From the NCBI GenBank assembly GCA_965214705.1, contig OZ243972.1, positions 4,032,001 through 4,096,000 on the forward strand: a DNA stretch of 64,000 nucleotides, read 5' to 3'. Origin of the DNA: Alphaproteobacteria bacterium (GTDB lineage Bacteria; Pseudomonadota; Alphaproteobacteria; UBA828). Below are positions 9,949 through 20,223 of the stretch, piece by piece. The translations under genes were made by a program, and so were the position numbers. A model generated the notes under the pieces. The model worked only from the letters and a program-made list of their open reading frames with translations. It searched no databases and was not told the DNA's origin. Position 1 is the first letter of the stretch. Every line of letters begins with the position of its first letter.

Positions 9949-10332
9949 CTACTCGGACGCGTCGCCCAGGACGTGAGCCTCGGCATCCCGCGCTGCTTGA
10001 ACGGTGCGTTCGAGCTGTTCCTGGCGCCCTTCGCGGATCATGTCGTCCCGCTTGAGCGTCGAAAGGATGTAGGCGCTGCGATAAGTGCGCTTGACCAGCT
10101 CGAGCATGCCGGGCGGAAGGGCGCCGACCGAGGCCTCCGTGGGTTCGACTACGGCGTTCAGGACGGCGTTGCGCGCGAAGGTGGCGGTCGAAATGTTGAC
10201 CGCTGCTGCTGCGCGCTGGACCTTCGCCCACTCGGCATCTGTGAATCTGATGGTTCGCGGCGAGCGAGTCCCGGTCGGTTTTTCATCGACTTGGGTCTTG
10301 GAGCGGGGTTTTGTCTTGCTCTTGTTCGTCAC
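9949..10332 (-). CDS. ribbon-helix-helix/MobC-like small DNA-binding protein
   Basis: RTIRFTDAEWAKVQRAAAAVNISTATFARNA; paralog at 51547-51924; separated from its RBS by IS4. Confidence 0.6.
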   Translation of the reverse strand: MTNKSKTKPRSKTQVDEKPTGTRSPRTIRFTDAEWAKVQRAAAAVNISTATFARNAVLNAVVEPTEASVGALPPGMLELVKRTYRSAYILSTLKRDDMIREGRQEQLERTVQAARDAEAHVLGDASE

Positions 10333-10335
10333 GAT

Positions 10336-11669
10336 CACTAGTGTCCCAACGTTAGCGGAATAAGTTCAATTGGTTAGGGTGGTCTAGTTGGCCGATTTGC
10401 AGGCCCTCTGGGTCAAACAGTTGATAGAGAGGCGTTTTCTCGAACACCGTAAGGCTCAGGATCTGTAGAATTGTGTAGAGGCTCTGCTCCAGCTTCAGCC
10501 GCTTGCGGATGATGGCGACCAGGACATAGACCGACACCGCGATCCAGATCTGGGTCTTCACCGCGTTCTCCGAGGTGCCGAAGAAGGACTTGATCCGGAG
10601 GTGCTGCTTGATCCATTTGAAGAACAACTCGATGTGCCAGCGGGCACGGTAGAGTTCGGCGATCGTCAGAGCCGGCAGAACAAAGTTGTTGGTGAGGAAG
10701 ACGAGGGTTTTGTCGCGCTCGGCATCTCGGTACCGGATCCGCCGTAGCTTGTCGGGATAATCGGTCGCGCTGTTGACGCCGCTTGGCCGTACGACCTGAT
10801 CGCAGATGAGACCGCGGGTGCGATCGACAGGGCGGGAGTAGAGGCGGCGGAGCTTGGTGTTGGATTTCGCGCGCAGGACAAAGAAGCTGCCACTGTGATG
10901 CAGGTGATGGAGACGGCTGAAGTCGAGGTAGGCCCGGTCCATGATATAGAAGGCTCCGGCCTCCGGCAGCAGCATGTCCATCACATTGACGTCGTGGAGT
11001 TTTCCGTCGGAGATGTGGATGAAGGCGGGGATGTGGCCGTGCAGGTCGAGCAGGGTGTGGAGCTTGACGGCGCCCTTTGTCTTGCGGAACGGAGCCCACG
11101 GGAACAGCGACAGGCAGAGGTCGATTGTCGAGGAGTCGAGGGCATAGACGGTGTTATCAAGATCAAGGCCGAGCGTATTGTCGTCGGCGTAGAGGTTTCG
11201 GGCGATGTGGATGAGATGTTGAGCGAAGTCGGCGTAGATCTGCCATTCGCGAACGGCGTTGGCATTGGCGAGGGTGTTGCGCGAGACCCTGCCACGGATC
11301 CCCATGTGATAGAGCTTTGTGGGTTGAACGCGCAGGCAGGTCTCGATGTCGCGCAAGCTGGCCCGATAAGTGAGCTGAGCGAAGGCCATGCATCGGTACT
11401 GATCCGCGCAGGTGAACGACTTGATCTTGCGGTTTCCGTTGTAACGGGCCACGCAGCGACGGAAACTGTGCCAGGGTAGGTGATCCACGATTTGCGCGAA
11501 GACCAGCTTGCCAGAATACATCCGCCATCCTCTCCTGATACATGTTGGACAGGAAAAGCGTGCCGAACCGGCGCTACGGTCTCAAGTCGGTGACTCCCTT
11601 GAACAGGATTTCTCGAACGAATATCAATCTGTTAACCGCACCAGCTTCGAAAACGTTGGGACACTAGTG
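10336..11669 (-). mobile_element. IS4-family element
   Basis: 18-bp perfect TIR CACTAGTGTCCCAACGTT; 9-bp duplication CGTCACGAT (10327-10335, 11670-11678). Confidence 0.95.
10352..11521 (-). CDS. IS4-family transposase (DUF4372 N-terminus)
   Basis: ALDSSTI, MDRAY, YRARWHIELFFKWIKQ (YREK motif). Confidence 0.95.
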   Translation of the reverse strand: MYSGKLVFAQIVDHLPWHSFRRCVARYNGNRKIKSFTCADQYRCMAFAQLTYRASLRDIETCLRVQPTKLYHMGIRGRVSRNTLANANAVREWQIYADFAQHLIHIARNLYADDNTLGLDLDNTVYALDSSTIDLCLSLFPWAPFRKTKGAVKLHTLLDLHGHIPAFIHISDGKLHDVNVMDMLLPEAGAFYIMDRAYLDFSRLHHLHHSGSFFVLRAKSNTKLRRLYSRPVDRTRGLICDQVVRPSGVNSATDYPDKLRRIRYRDAERDKTLVFLTNNFVLPALTIAELYRARWHIELFFKWIKQHLRIKSFFGTSENAVKTQIWIAVSVYVLVAIIRKRLKLEQSLYTILQILSLTVFEKTPLYQLFDPEGLQIGQLDHPNQLNLFR

Positions 11670-13076
11670 CGTCACGATAGCTTTCTCCCGCAAGGCGGTC
11701 TCGCTGGGCGTTCATCCTTTCGTGCTCCTGATTGCAGACATGTGTCGCCCTGTCAGCCCCTGCAAGTCGCGTGTTTCAAAGAACTACGCGCCGGTTGGAT
11801 TAGGAAAGCTCCTTCGTATTTCAATGTATTTCTACCTGTCAAGACGTGCATTCAATCAGGCGGCTAAGGGCCGTATTTCAATGTACTTCGCTCGTTCCAA
11901 CGCCAGCGCCTGTGGATTCGCTACAATTCTGTCCTCTCGTGTCCGGCCATGACAGGCTATGTCGCCTCAAAATAGCTTTGCGCCTTCAGGCGCGTGGGGT
12001 GTGAGAACCAAAGCGCGCCAAGCGTCGAGCGCGACACAGGTTCGATATAGAAGCGGTCAGGCCCCAGCCTGCGGTGACAGCTGCTTTCGGCGTTTGCGGC
12101 GATTGAGCGAGAGGTTCGGACTGCGATCTCCAGGCGCGTTCCACGTTGTCGTCCCGACAACCGAGGTAACAAAGTGGGGCGCAGGGTGCAAGCTCGCGGC
12201 AGCAGTCTTCACACATCGCGCACCGGATTCGGTGCGCGGGTTCGCTCGCGGTACGGTTCGTTACCTCAGCGCACGATGGCGGTCGCACATGTTCCAAAGA
12301 ACAGCGGCGTGACTATCACATGTTCCCGCAGCGCAGACATGGGCGGTGAACGCGCTGATGTTCAAGGCGTTAGCAGTCCGTTTCACTTGTTACCGCAAGT
12401 GCAGAAGCAGCGACGCATTCGTTACCGCGGTGTCATCGTTGCGGCTGCGCCGAACGGATGTCGCCGCGACGATCGGCGGTGCGAGCGGAGCCGCGGGCAG
12501 TTGTGCGAAGCGCGCTGCCGGACGCGCCGTCAACTGCATCGGCGCGGGAGCCGGCACCGGTGTCGGCCGGACCGCGGGCAGCGCTGCGGATGCCGGTGCG
12601 CGGCGAAGCCGCGACCGGCGAGGCTCGGGTGCATGGCGAGGATGTTGGGCGGCACGCGCGGCCGACGAATCCAGCGACGGCGCGCATGCGCCGAGCCGGA
12701 CGCAGCTGCGGAGAGAAACACGGCAGGTGCAGCGGGCGCGAGTGCCGCCTGCGCGAAGCGCGGCGCCATCGGGCATGAAACGCGCACACGGGTGGCCGGC
12801 ACGGATGCCGGCGGTCGCCTGCACCGGACTGCACACATGATGCCCGTCGTGAAGCACGAAGAAAGCGGCCGGTGCCGTGAGGCACCGACCGCTGTTTCTG
12901 TCGCAGGCGCCGATCAGACCGGTACGACCATAATGCCGAGAAGGTTGTAATGCCGAGCGGGTCGCGGGGATCGGCTTAGTTCTGCCGTTTTCCTGCCGAT
13001 TCGCTCGGCATTAATTGTTGGGGTCGGTTCTCCGACAAAGTCGTCCTCCCTTTCAATCGGATGGAGGACGACAAGA

Positions 13077-14651
13077 ATGTCTTCGACACCCAACCGCGGG
13101 TCGTTGCTGGAGACCACGGCGCTGGCCGGCTTCGATCCAATCATTCTTGAGTTCATCGACGACCTTCGCCATCGAGGTGGAGCTGCCGAGGGTCAGCTCC
13201 CCAAGTACCGGTATGCCGCTCGTCACTTCCTGATCTGGCTTAAGCTCGCCGGCATCGAGCTCAAGATGGTCGACGGCACGGCCATCGAGCACTTTCTGCA
13301 GCACGATTGCCGTTGTGCCGAATCGTCCGCGCCCGTCCGGCTTCGCCGCTGGCGCAAGTGCCGCACGTCGTCCAGAGTCATGACGTTCATCCGCTTCCTT
13401 GAGCGGACGGGGCGCATCGAGACTCCCGGCGAGCTCGACGACAATTTCAGGCTGCTGGATGCGTTCCTCGCGAGCTTGCGCCGCGATGGCTACGCGACCG
13501 CGACCATTGAGCTGTATGGCCACGGATGCGGCGGTCTCATTGTCTGGCTCCACCTCTCACGGCTTCGCCTGTGCGATCTGTCGCCGGAGGTAATCGCACG
13601 TTTCCGGCGCAGGCAGATCGTCTGCTCGATCCCCGGGGTGTTTTGCGGCCAGGAATCGCGGTGCCCCGCAACCGCATACGAGACCGAGCTGCGCGGCTTC
13701 CTGAAGCATCTCGTCTCGATCGGGCGGATCGAACCGTTCGAACAGAACCCGGACGAGAAGACCCCGCCGCCCCCTCGCCTCGAGAGATTCGGCGACTGGC
13801 TTGAACGCCATCGTGCGATCAGCCCGGAGAGCATACGCCAGTATGTCCGATTGATCGCAGAGATGCTGCCTGACCTTGGGGACGATCCTGGGGCCTATGA
13901 CGCGGCGCTGATCCGGCGGGCGTTGTTCGACCGTATGGAGCCCTGGTCGCAGGGCTACGCCCGAAGGCTGACCACCGCGATGCGCATGTATCTGCGGTTC
14001 CTGGTGTCGGAAGCCAGCATCGCGGCGAGACTGGTCGAGGCCGTGCCGACGGTGCCGCAGTGGCGATTGTCCACCTTGCCACGATACATCTCGGCCGACG
14101 ATGTCGAGCGCGCCATCGCATCCTGCGGCGACGACCCCAAGGGCGTGCGCGATCGGGCGATCCTGCTGCTTCTGGCACGGCTGGCCCTGCGGGCCGGGGA
14201 TATCGTCGCTCTGCGCCTCGGCGATATCGACTGGGACAGGGCCGAGATCCGTGTCTCGGGAAAATCACGGCGGGAGACGGCTCTGCCTCTGCCCCAGGAC
14301 GTCGGCGATGCGCTCCACGCCTATATCGCGACGGCGCGGCCAAGGGTGGATGAGGAGAAGGTGTTCTTCTGTGTGAACGCGCCCTGTCGGCCGTTCACCG
14401 ACTCGAGTGTCGTCAGCGCCGTGGCGGAATGGGCTCTCGACCGCGCCGGGGTCAAGACCTTCGGCGGCCGCGGCGCGCATACATTCCGCCATTCCCAGGC
14501 GACAGCGCTGCTCAGATCCGGAGCAACGCTCCACGTCATCCAATCGCTGCTCCGGCACGCTTCCCCGAGCGCCACCATGATCTATGCGAAGACCGACGCG
14601 GTCATGTTGCAGGAGGTTGCCCAACCCTGGATCGGGGGGATCGATCGATGA
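13077..14651 (+). CDS. RIT recombinase A
   Basis: RDRAILLLLARLALRAGD, HTFRHS, LRH...TMIYAK. Confidence 0.9.
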   Translation: MSSTPNRGSLLETTALAGFDPIILEFIDDLRHRGGAAEGQLPKYRYAARHFLIWLKLAGIELKMVDGTAIEHFLQHDCRCAESSAPVRLRRWRKCRTSSRVMTFIRFLERTGRIETPGELDDNFRLLDAFLASLRRDGYATATIELYGHGCGGLIVWLHLSRLRLCDLSPEVIARFRRRQIVCSIPGVFCGQESRCPATAYETELRGFLKHLVSIGRIEPFEQNPDEKTPPPPRLERFGDWLERHRAISPESIRQYVRLIAEMLPDLGDDPGAYDAALIRRALFDRMEPWSQGYARRLTTAMRMYLRFLVSEASIAARLVEAVPTVPQWRLSTLPRYISADDVERAIASCGDDPKGVRDRAILLLLARLALRAGDIVALRLGDIDWDRAEIRVSGKSRRETALPLPQDVGDALHAYIATARPRVDEEKVFFCVNAPCRPFTDSSVVSAVAEWALDRAGVKTFGGRGAHTFRHSQATALLRSGATLHVIQSLLRHASPSATMIYAKTDAVMLQEVAQPWIGGIDR

Positions 14652-15580
14652 CGATGACAATCAGCGAACAGGTCTCGCGCTTCGTCGCGATGAAACAGAA
14701 GCTCGGCTACCGGTTCGGGCGGTGCGAAGGGATGCTGCACAGCTTCGCCAGGTTCGCCGAGGACCGTGATGAAACATTCATCCATTCCACGACCGCCATC
14801 GAGTGGGCATCGTCGTCGAGAGCGGCATCGCAGTCCGAAGGAGTCAGAAGGCTGCGCGCGGTACATGACTTTGCCAGCTGGCTGCATGCCGAGGATGCGC
14901 GTCACGAAGTACCGCCGCGCGATGCGCTGGGCCGCCCGAACAAGCAGAGGCCGCGACCCTGCCTGATATCGGTCCCGGACATCGGGAAACTTCTGATGGC
15001 GGCGCTGTCCATGGGGCCTGCCGGCAGCATCGCCCCGCTGACCTGGCACTACCTGTTCGGGCTCATCGCCGCGACCGGCCTGCGCATCGGCGAAGCGCTC
15101 GCATTGACGATGGATGACATCACCGCTGACGGCCTCGTCATCCGAGACACGAAGTTCGGCAAGACGAGGATGGTCGCGCTGCACCCGACCACCTGGGATG
15201 CGCTGAACTGCTACCTGGGGTCACGGCTCAAGGAGAAAACGCCAGACACGCATCTCTTCGTGATCGCCACCGGCCTATGTCCGAGTAGAGGCTATGCATC
15301 GGCCGTCTTCCGCAGACTCGCGGAGCAAGCCGGAATCCGCGAACCCGGCGCGGCGCGAGGACCCACACCGCACTCGCTGCGGCATTCCTTCGCTGTGCGG
15401 TCACTTGAGAGCCTTGCTCCCGATATCGATCCGAGCCGCCATATGCTGGCGCTTGCGACCTACCTCGGCCATGTCAACGTCTCAAGCACCTACTGGTATC
15501 TGGAATCGACCCCTGCCCTCCTGCGCGGCATTGCCGAAGCCGCGGAAGAGGCTCACGCGAATGGGGGTTCCGATGACTGA
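14648..15580 (+). CDS. RIT recombinase B
   Basis: TGLRIGE, TKFGKTR, HSLRHSF, YLGH...TYWYL; ATGA overlap with A. Confidence 0.9.
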   Translation: MTMTISEQVSRFVAMKQKLGYRFGRCEGMLHSFARFAEDRDETFIHSTTAIEWASSSRAASQSEGVRRLRAVHDFASWLHAEDARHEVPPRDALGRPNKQRPRPCLISVPDIGKLLMAALSMGPAGSIAPLTWHYLFGLIAATGLRIGEALALTMDDITADGLVIRDTKFGKTRMVALHPTTWDALNCYLGSRLKEKTPDTHLFVIATGLCPSRGYASAVFRRLAEQAGIREPGAARGPTPHSLRHSFAVRSLESLAPDIDPSRHMLALATYLGHVNVSSTYWYLESTPALLRGIAEAAEEAHANGGSDD

Positions 15581-16574
15581 TCTTGCCCCCCACCTGACGA
15601 GCTTCCTGGAGGAGCACCTTCCTAACGAGCGGCGCTTCAGCCGCCACACCGTGCAGAGCTATAAGGAGTGCTTCCGCCTCCTCGTCATCTACGCGGCGGA
15701 AAAGACCAGGGTGCGCCCCTGCATCCTGAAGATCGAGCACCTGACGGTGGCTCTACTGCTGGCCTTCCTCGAGTCTCTGGAGAAGGATCGCAACAACAGC
15801 ATCGGCACCCGCAACAATCGCCTCGCCGCCATCAAGTCCTTCTTCCGATACCTGGAATACCGTGTCCCGGGTTGTCTCGACCTCGCCTTGCAGGTGCGCG
15901 CCATCCCGCAGAAGCGCACCGACAAACCCCTGATCGACTGGCTCGACCGGATGGAGATGCAGGCGATCCTGGATGCGCCGGATACCGCGACGGTCGCAGG
16001 CCTGCGCGACCGCGCCATGCTGCATCTATGCTACGCGGCCGGGCTCCGGGTGTCGGAACTGACCAGGCTCACTCTCGACAGCCTGTCGAGTCCCCATCTT
16101 GAGACTGTCCGCATCCTGGGCAAGGGGCGGCGCGAGCGCGAACTGCCGCTCTGGAAGGAAACGAGGGCCGTCCTCAATGAGTGGCTCGACGTCCGCCCGC
16201 CGGTCAACAATCGCTATCTCTTCCTCAGCGCCCGCGGGCGGGCGTTGAGCACGGACGGCTTCGCTTACATCCTCGACCAGCATGTCGCCACCGCGGCCTG
16301 CAAGGTCCCGTCCATCAAGAGCAAGCGGGTGACCCCGCACGTGCTCCGTCATTCGTCGGCAATGACCGTTCTGGATGCCACACGGGGGGACATCCGGAAG
16401 GTCTCGATCTGGCTCGGTCACGCCGACGTCAAGATTACCGAGGTGTACCTTCGTTCGAGCGCGGCCGAGAAGTTGAAAATCCTTGGGGCCAACACGCCGC
16501 CTTCCATCCGCCGCGGGACCTTCAACGGTGTGAAGGACAGCTTGATGATGGTTCTCGGCGGAAACTGGCCGTGA
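15573..16574 (+). CDS. RIT recombinase C
   Basis: GLRVSE, GKGRRER, PHVLRHS, WLGH...TEVY. Confidence 0.9.
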   Translation: MTDLAPHLTSFLEEHLPNERRFSRHTVQSYKECFRLLVIYAAEKTRVRPCILKIEHLTVALLLAFLESLEKDRNNSIGTRNNRLAAIKSFFRYLEYRVPGCLDLALQVRAIPQKRTDKPLIDWLDRMEMQAILDAPDTATVAGLRDRAMLHLCYAAGLRVSELTRLTLDSLSSPHLETVRILGKGRRERELPLWKETRAVLNEWLDVRPPVNNRYLFLSARGRALSTDGFAYILDQHVATAACKVPSIKSKRVTPHVLRHSSAMTVLDATRGDIRKVSIWLGHADVKITEVYLRSSAAEKLKILGANTPPSIRRGTFNGVKDSLMMVLGGNWP

Positions 16575-16667
16575 CAATTAATGCCGAGCGAATCGGCAGG
16601 AAAACGGCAGAACTAAGCCGATCCCAGCGACCCGCTCGGCATTACAACCTTCTCGGCATTATGCAGA

Positions 16668-16687
16668 TTATGCCGAGCTCGGCATAA
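16668..16687. repeat. 20-bp perfect palindrome TTATGCCGAGCTCGGCATAA beside RIT1
   Basis: Read directly; 6 bp (TGCAGA) from the RIT end. Confidence 0.95.
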
Positions 16688-17293
16688 CGTGCATCACGGG
16701 AATGCCCAAGCGCTTCGCCTTGTCGATGAGGTTGCCGGTGATGCCGCTGCCGGGGAAAGCGATGACGCCCTTGGGCAGCAGGTTGAGCAGCTCGTCGTTG
16801 CGGCGGAAGGGTGCGGCCTTGCCGTGGGCGTTCCAGTCGGGCCTGCAGACGACCTGGTTGATGCCCCTGGCTTCGGCCCAGCTCGCCGCGATCTTCTCAA
16901 CGCCGGGACCGCCGCCGTGCAGCAGGACCATGTCGCCGTACTTCGCGTGCGCCATGTCGAGCGTGCTCCAGACCGCATCGGCATCGGCGACGGTCTTGCC
17001 GCCGGTGATGGCGACCAGGGTGCCCTCGGGCAGGTGCGCCCTTGTCTCGCGGTCCTTGCGTGCGCGGCGGAAGTCGCGTGCGTCGATGGCGGCAGACGTC
17101 AGCGTCCCGGTGCGGCTCGTGTGCGAGCCGTGGCGCGGGCGCCATGTGTCGCCGGTCTCGACGCGGTAGGCATCGGCAGCGAGGTCGCGCATCTTCTCGA
17201 AGGCGTCGCGACGGTCGCCCAGGCTCTGCGCCCGGTCCGTGAGGGTCTGCAGCTCCCATGCCTTGACCTCCGATCCGTCCTGCGCCTTCTCAA

Positions 17294-19453
17294 CCCAAGT
17301 TGGCACTTTTCCGCTGCCTGTGTTCCCTATTGGTTTGATTCAACGCGATATTTTTCTCGGTCGATTCCAACATGGCCCCACATTTTGTGAGATTCTGTCA
17401 GCTCATCAGACGGGTCCTCGTGCGGTGGATGGCGGGGTCCACGCCCGCCGCCGAGGAGATTGCGGCAACCTCGGCGGCCGGGCGCGTGTCCTGGCGGTTG
17501 ACGATCAAGGTGCCGTCGGTCTGGCGCAGGCGCGTGGTGATCCGCACCCAGGTCCGCATGCTCTCGCGGATCGACGCCCAGCACTTGTGGATGCCGCGCG
17601 CGGCCAGCCGGGTACGGATCAGATGCACGGCGTGGTAGGCCAGCACGGCGATCAGCAGGTGGGCCGCGATGCGCCGGTCGAGCTGGTGCCAGATCGGGCG
17701 AAGGCCGAGCTCGGATTTCAGGCTCCGGAATGTCGCCTCGATATCCGTGATCCGCCAGTACGTCCGCAGGACCGTCTCGATGTCCCAGTCGACGTGGCTG
17801 GTGCGCAGCACATAGGCACCGGCGCCCTCATCGGCCTCGTCGTATCGCGGCCTGCGCTTGAAGCGCACGGCGGTGGCATTGGGGCCGGTTTTCGCCCTCT
17901 CGACCGTGATCTCGTAGTGCCTGGCGACGGCGGAGAAGCGCTGCTTGAGGCGGCCTATGCTCTCCAGCACCTTGTCGTAGCGCTTGAGGCGGCCCTTGAC
18001 CGGGAGGCCGCCGTGGAGCCTTTCCAGCGCCGCCTCGAAGCGGTTCCGCCTCAGGCCGATGATCGCGTTCTCGGCCTTCTTCTTGCCCTCGCTGACGACG
18101 TAGAGCCGCGCCTCGCCGTCCTCGCTGGCAAGCCGCCAGGCCCGCACCTCGTGGCGCGCGCTGGTGATCAGCAGGGCCTCGGGTCCGCCCTCGGGCGGCG
18201 CAGGCCTGGCACCGCGGCTGACCGCGATCCAGTCGTAGCCCTGCTCGCCCAGCCACGCGATGTTTTTCTCGGTGGCGATGCCCGCGTCCATGACCACCGT
18301 GGGCTTCGGCGCCGTGCCGCCGCACACCGCCTCGAGCCGCGCCAGCGCCTCGTGCAGCGTGCCCGGCTCGCTCACGTTGCCCGGCAGGATCTCGCAACTG
18401 CGCGGGAAGCCCGCGCCGTCGAGCGCCAGCGCCAGCGTGATGAGGGGACAGTCGTCGCGCTTCTGCTTGGAGCGCCCGAACCTGGGAAGCTCGCCGCCCG
18501 TGTGGCCGTGGTAGTGGACGTTGGTGAGATCGTAGAAGGCGATCGTCTCGGGCAGGTCGAGCAGTGCGCGCTCACGGTTGAACAGCTCCCGCTGGATGGC
18601 GGCGCGGTGGCGCCAGAGCAGGTCGCCGATGCGGTAGAGCGTCTTGCGCCGCAGCGCCTTGCGGTCGCCCTCCAGGCCCAGGAGCTCGGCGGCCGCGCTG
18701 TCGTGGCGGAGCCAGCGGCTGGTATCACGCTCGCTGGCGGGATGGACCATCCTGGCGACGATCAGCGCGCTGGCGATGCGCCCGTCGCGGCCCTTGATGT
18801 CGAGGCCGTGGAGGATTTCGGCGAAGCCGAGGGCGTCGAGGGCCTTGAGGCACAGGCGCTCGCAGCCGACCGTGCGCGGGTTCTCGTGCTCCAGGGTATC
18901 GAGGTCGACGGTGGCGATGTCGGGCTTGCGCGCCTCTTCCTGCATCGCCTCGACGCGGAACCCCCTGGCCCTGAGCTTGGCGACGATGTCCTCGGCTGCG
19001 GCCCGCACATCCGCCTCGCCCTCGAACAGCGGCGGCTTGCCGTGAAGCAGCGCCTCGGCGAGTTCGGTGACGGCCTTCCACTTCTCGCGCGGCACCGGAT
19101 AGTCGGTGCCGAGATTGAGCAGCGTCCTGTGGCGCACCTTGTCGCCGACGCGCTGGGCGAGCACGAGGCGATGGCTTCGGACCGGCTGGCCGGCCTTGTC
19201 GGTGTGTGTCCTGGTTGCCTTGATGTACATGGCGGCGCCGTTTCTGCGATGCCTGTTTCGCATACACGGCGTTCGCGGCATCTGGCAAGAGGGATATCGA
19301 CTCAACTCCAAAGTCCTGGCCCCACAATTGGCTTCCAGGACCACGAATGGCAAATGTGGGTCTCAGGTGTCCTCCAACCCCAACATCTAGTGGTTCAGCG
19401 CCGCAAAACTGGCTCGAACAGGCTCGGCTGGTCGGAAAAAGTGCCAACTTGGG
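17294..19453 (-). mobile_element. IS1634-family element #2
   Basis: 17-bp TIR CCCAAGTTGGCACTTTT; TCAA duplication (17290-17293, 19454-19457). Confidence 0.95.
17398..19230 (-). CDS. IS1634-family transposase
   Basis: FYDLTN, VVMDAG, EATFRSLKSELGLRPIWH. Confidence 0.92.
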   Translation of the reverse strand: MYIKATRTHTDKAGQPVRSHRLVLAQRVGDKVRHRTLLNLGTDYPVPREKWKAVTELAEALLHGKPPLFEGEADVRAAAEDIVAKLRARGFRVEAMQEEARKPDIATVDLDTLEHENPRTVGCERLCLKALDALGFAEILHGLDIKGRDGRIASALIVARMVHPASERDTSRWLRHDSAAAELLGLEGDRKALRRKTLYRIGDLLWRHRAAIQRELFNRERALLDLPETIAFYDLTNVHYHGHTGGELPRFGRSKQKRDDCPLITLALALDGAGFPRSCEILPGNVSEPGTLHEALARLEAVCGGTAPKPTVVMDAGIATEKNIAWLGEQGYDWIAVSRGARPAPPEGGPEALLITSARHEVRAWRLASEDGEARLYVVSEGKKKAENAIIGLRRNRFEAALERLHGGLPVKGRLKRYDKVLESIGRLKQRFSAVARHYEITVERAKTGPNATAVRFKRRPRYDEADEGAGAYVLRTSHVDWDIETVLRTYWRITDIEATFRSLKSELGLRPIWHQLDRRIAAHLLIAVLAYHAVHLIRTRLAARGIHKCWASIRESMRTWVRITTRLRQTDGTLIVNRQDTRPAAEVAAISSAAGVDPAIHRTRTRLMS

Positions 19454-19991
19454 TCAAGGTCGCGCATCTCGGGCGTGATGCGGTCGACGGCGCGGTCGAG
19501 GCGTGTGACCTGCGAGTGCAGAATGTTGGTCAGGCCCCACATCAGGGGCTCGCGCTCGTCGGCCATCTGTGTGCCGTCTACGGTGATGCCGTCGACGATG
19601 ACGCGGATGGCTTCGTTCAGCGCGTCGATGGCATCGTCCTCGTCCCAGACGACCCTGCTGTCGAGCTCGCCGCGCTCGGGCGCTGCACCGAACAGAGCCA
19701 TGCTCTCGCAGACCGTGGCAGTGGAAGAGGCGGTAGCGCTTGAGGTGTCGATCATGACGATCTCCCTTGTCATCCTCCGGGACCCTGTGCCCCGTCGTGG
19801 TGTCCTCCTTCTTCACGCGCGCGCAGTGTCAGCACCTGGCCTTAGGAACTGTTGGGCGGGGTGGTGCGGAAGTTTGGCGATGGTGCGGAAGATGGCGCTC
19901 TCGGGACCTGGGAGGTCCGGCGCGCCGCCTTGGAGACTGGCCGCGTTTCGAGTTGGCCTGCTCAAGAACTGCTAGCGCCGGGCCGACGCGC

Positions 19992-20165
19992 CGGCCCCGC
20001 GTCAGGGGCCGGTGCGCCGCACGCGAGGCGGTTGGTGATTACACGAGAGCCATCTTCACGGTCGCCGAACTTCACGGCCCGCCCTTACAGTTCCTTGGGC
20101 TAGGCCGTAGGGAGTGAAGCGACCGAAGGACCCGCAGGGTTGCTGGTGCGAGCACGTGTGGAAAA
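19992..20165. other. conserved non-coding block upstream of DUF2493 gene, copy 1
   Basis: High identity to 58630-58803 while flanks diverge. Confidence 0.6.
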
Positions 20166-20223
20166 ATTGGAGGACACGACGGAAGAGGATTCCATTTCGG
20201 CACGCACGGCCTCCTCTGTTTCT

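Larger units (their letters stand above)
12931..16661 (+). mobile_element. RIT element 1 (3731 bp)
   Basis: Three overlapping tyrosine recombinase genes; 88-bp TIRs (12931-13018, 16574-16661, 1 mismatch), each with three TAATGCCGAG motifs. Confidence 0.92.
16668..19755 (-). pseudogene. DUF2493 (YspA/SLOG-like) domain protein, interrupted by IS1634 #2
   Basis: Both halves align to intact paralog 57402-58325; LLHGG, AAPFRRN, AFPGSGITGNL. Confidence 0.85.

Noticed and set aside
11950-12920. Arg/Ala-rich ORFs in the GC-rich spacer
   Set aside because: Low-complexity translations in several frames; no conserved frame in the paralogous region.
12931-13018. Repeated TAATGCCGAG as a CRISPR array
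   Set aside because: Three 10-bp motifs within a TIR, no unique spacers, no cas genes.
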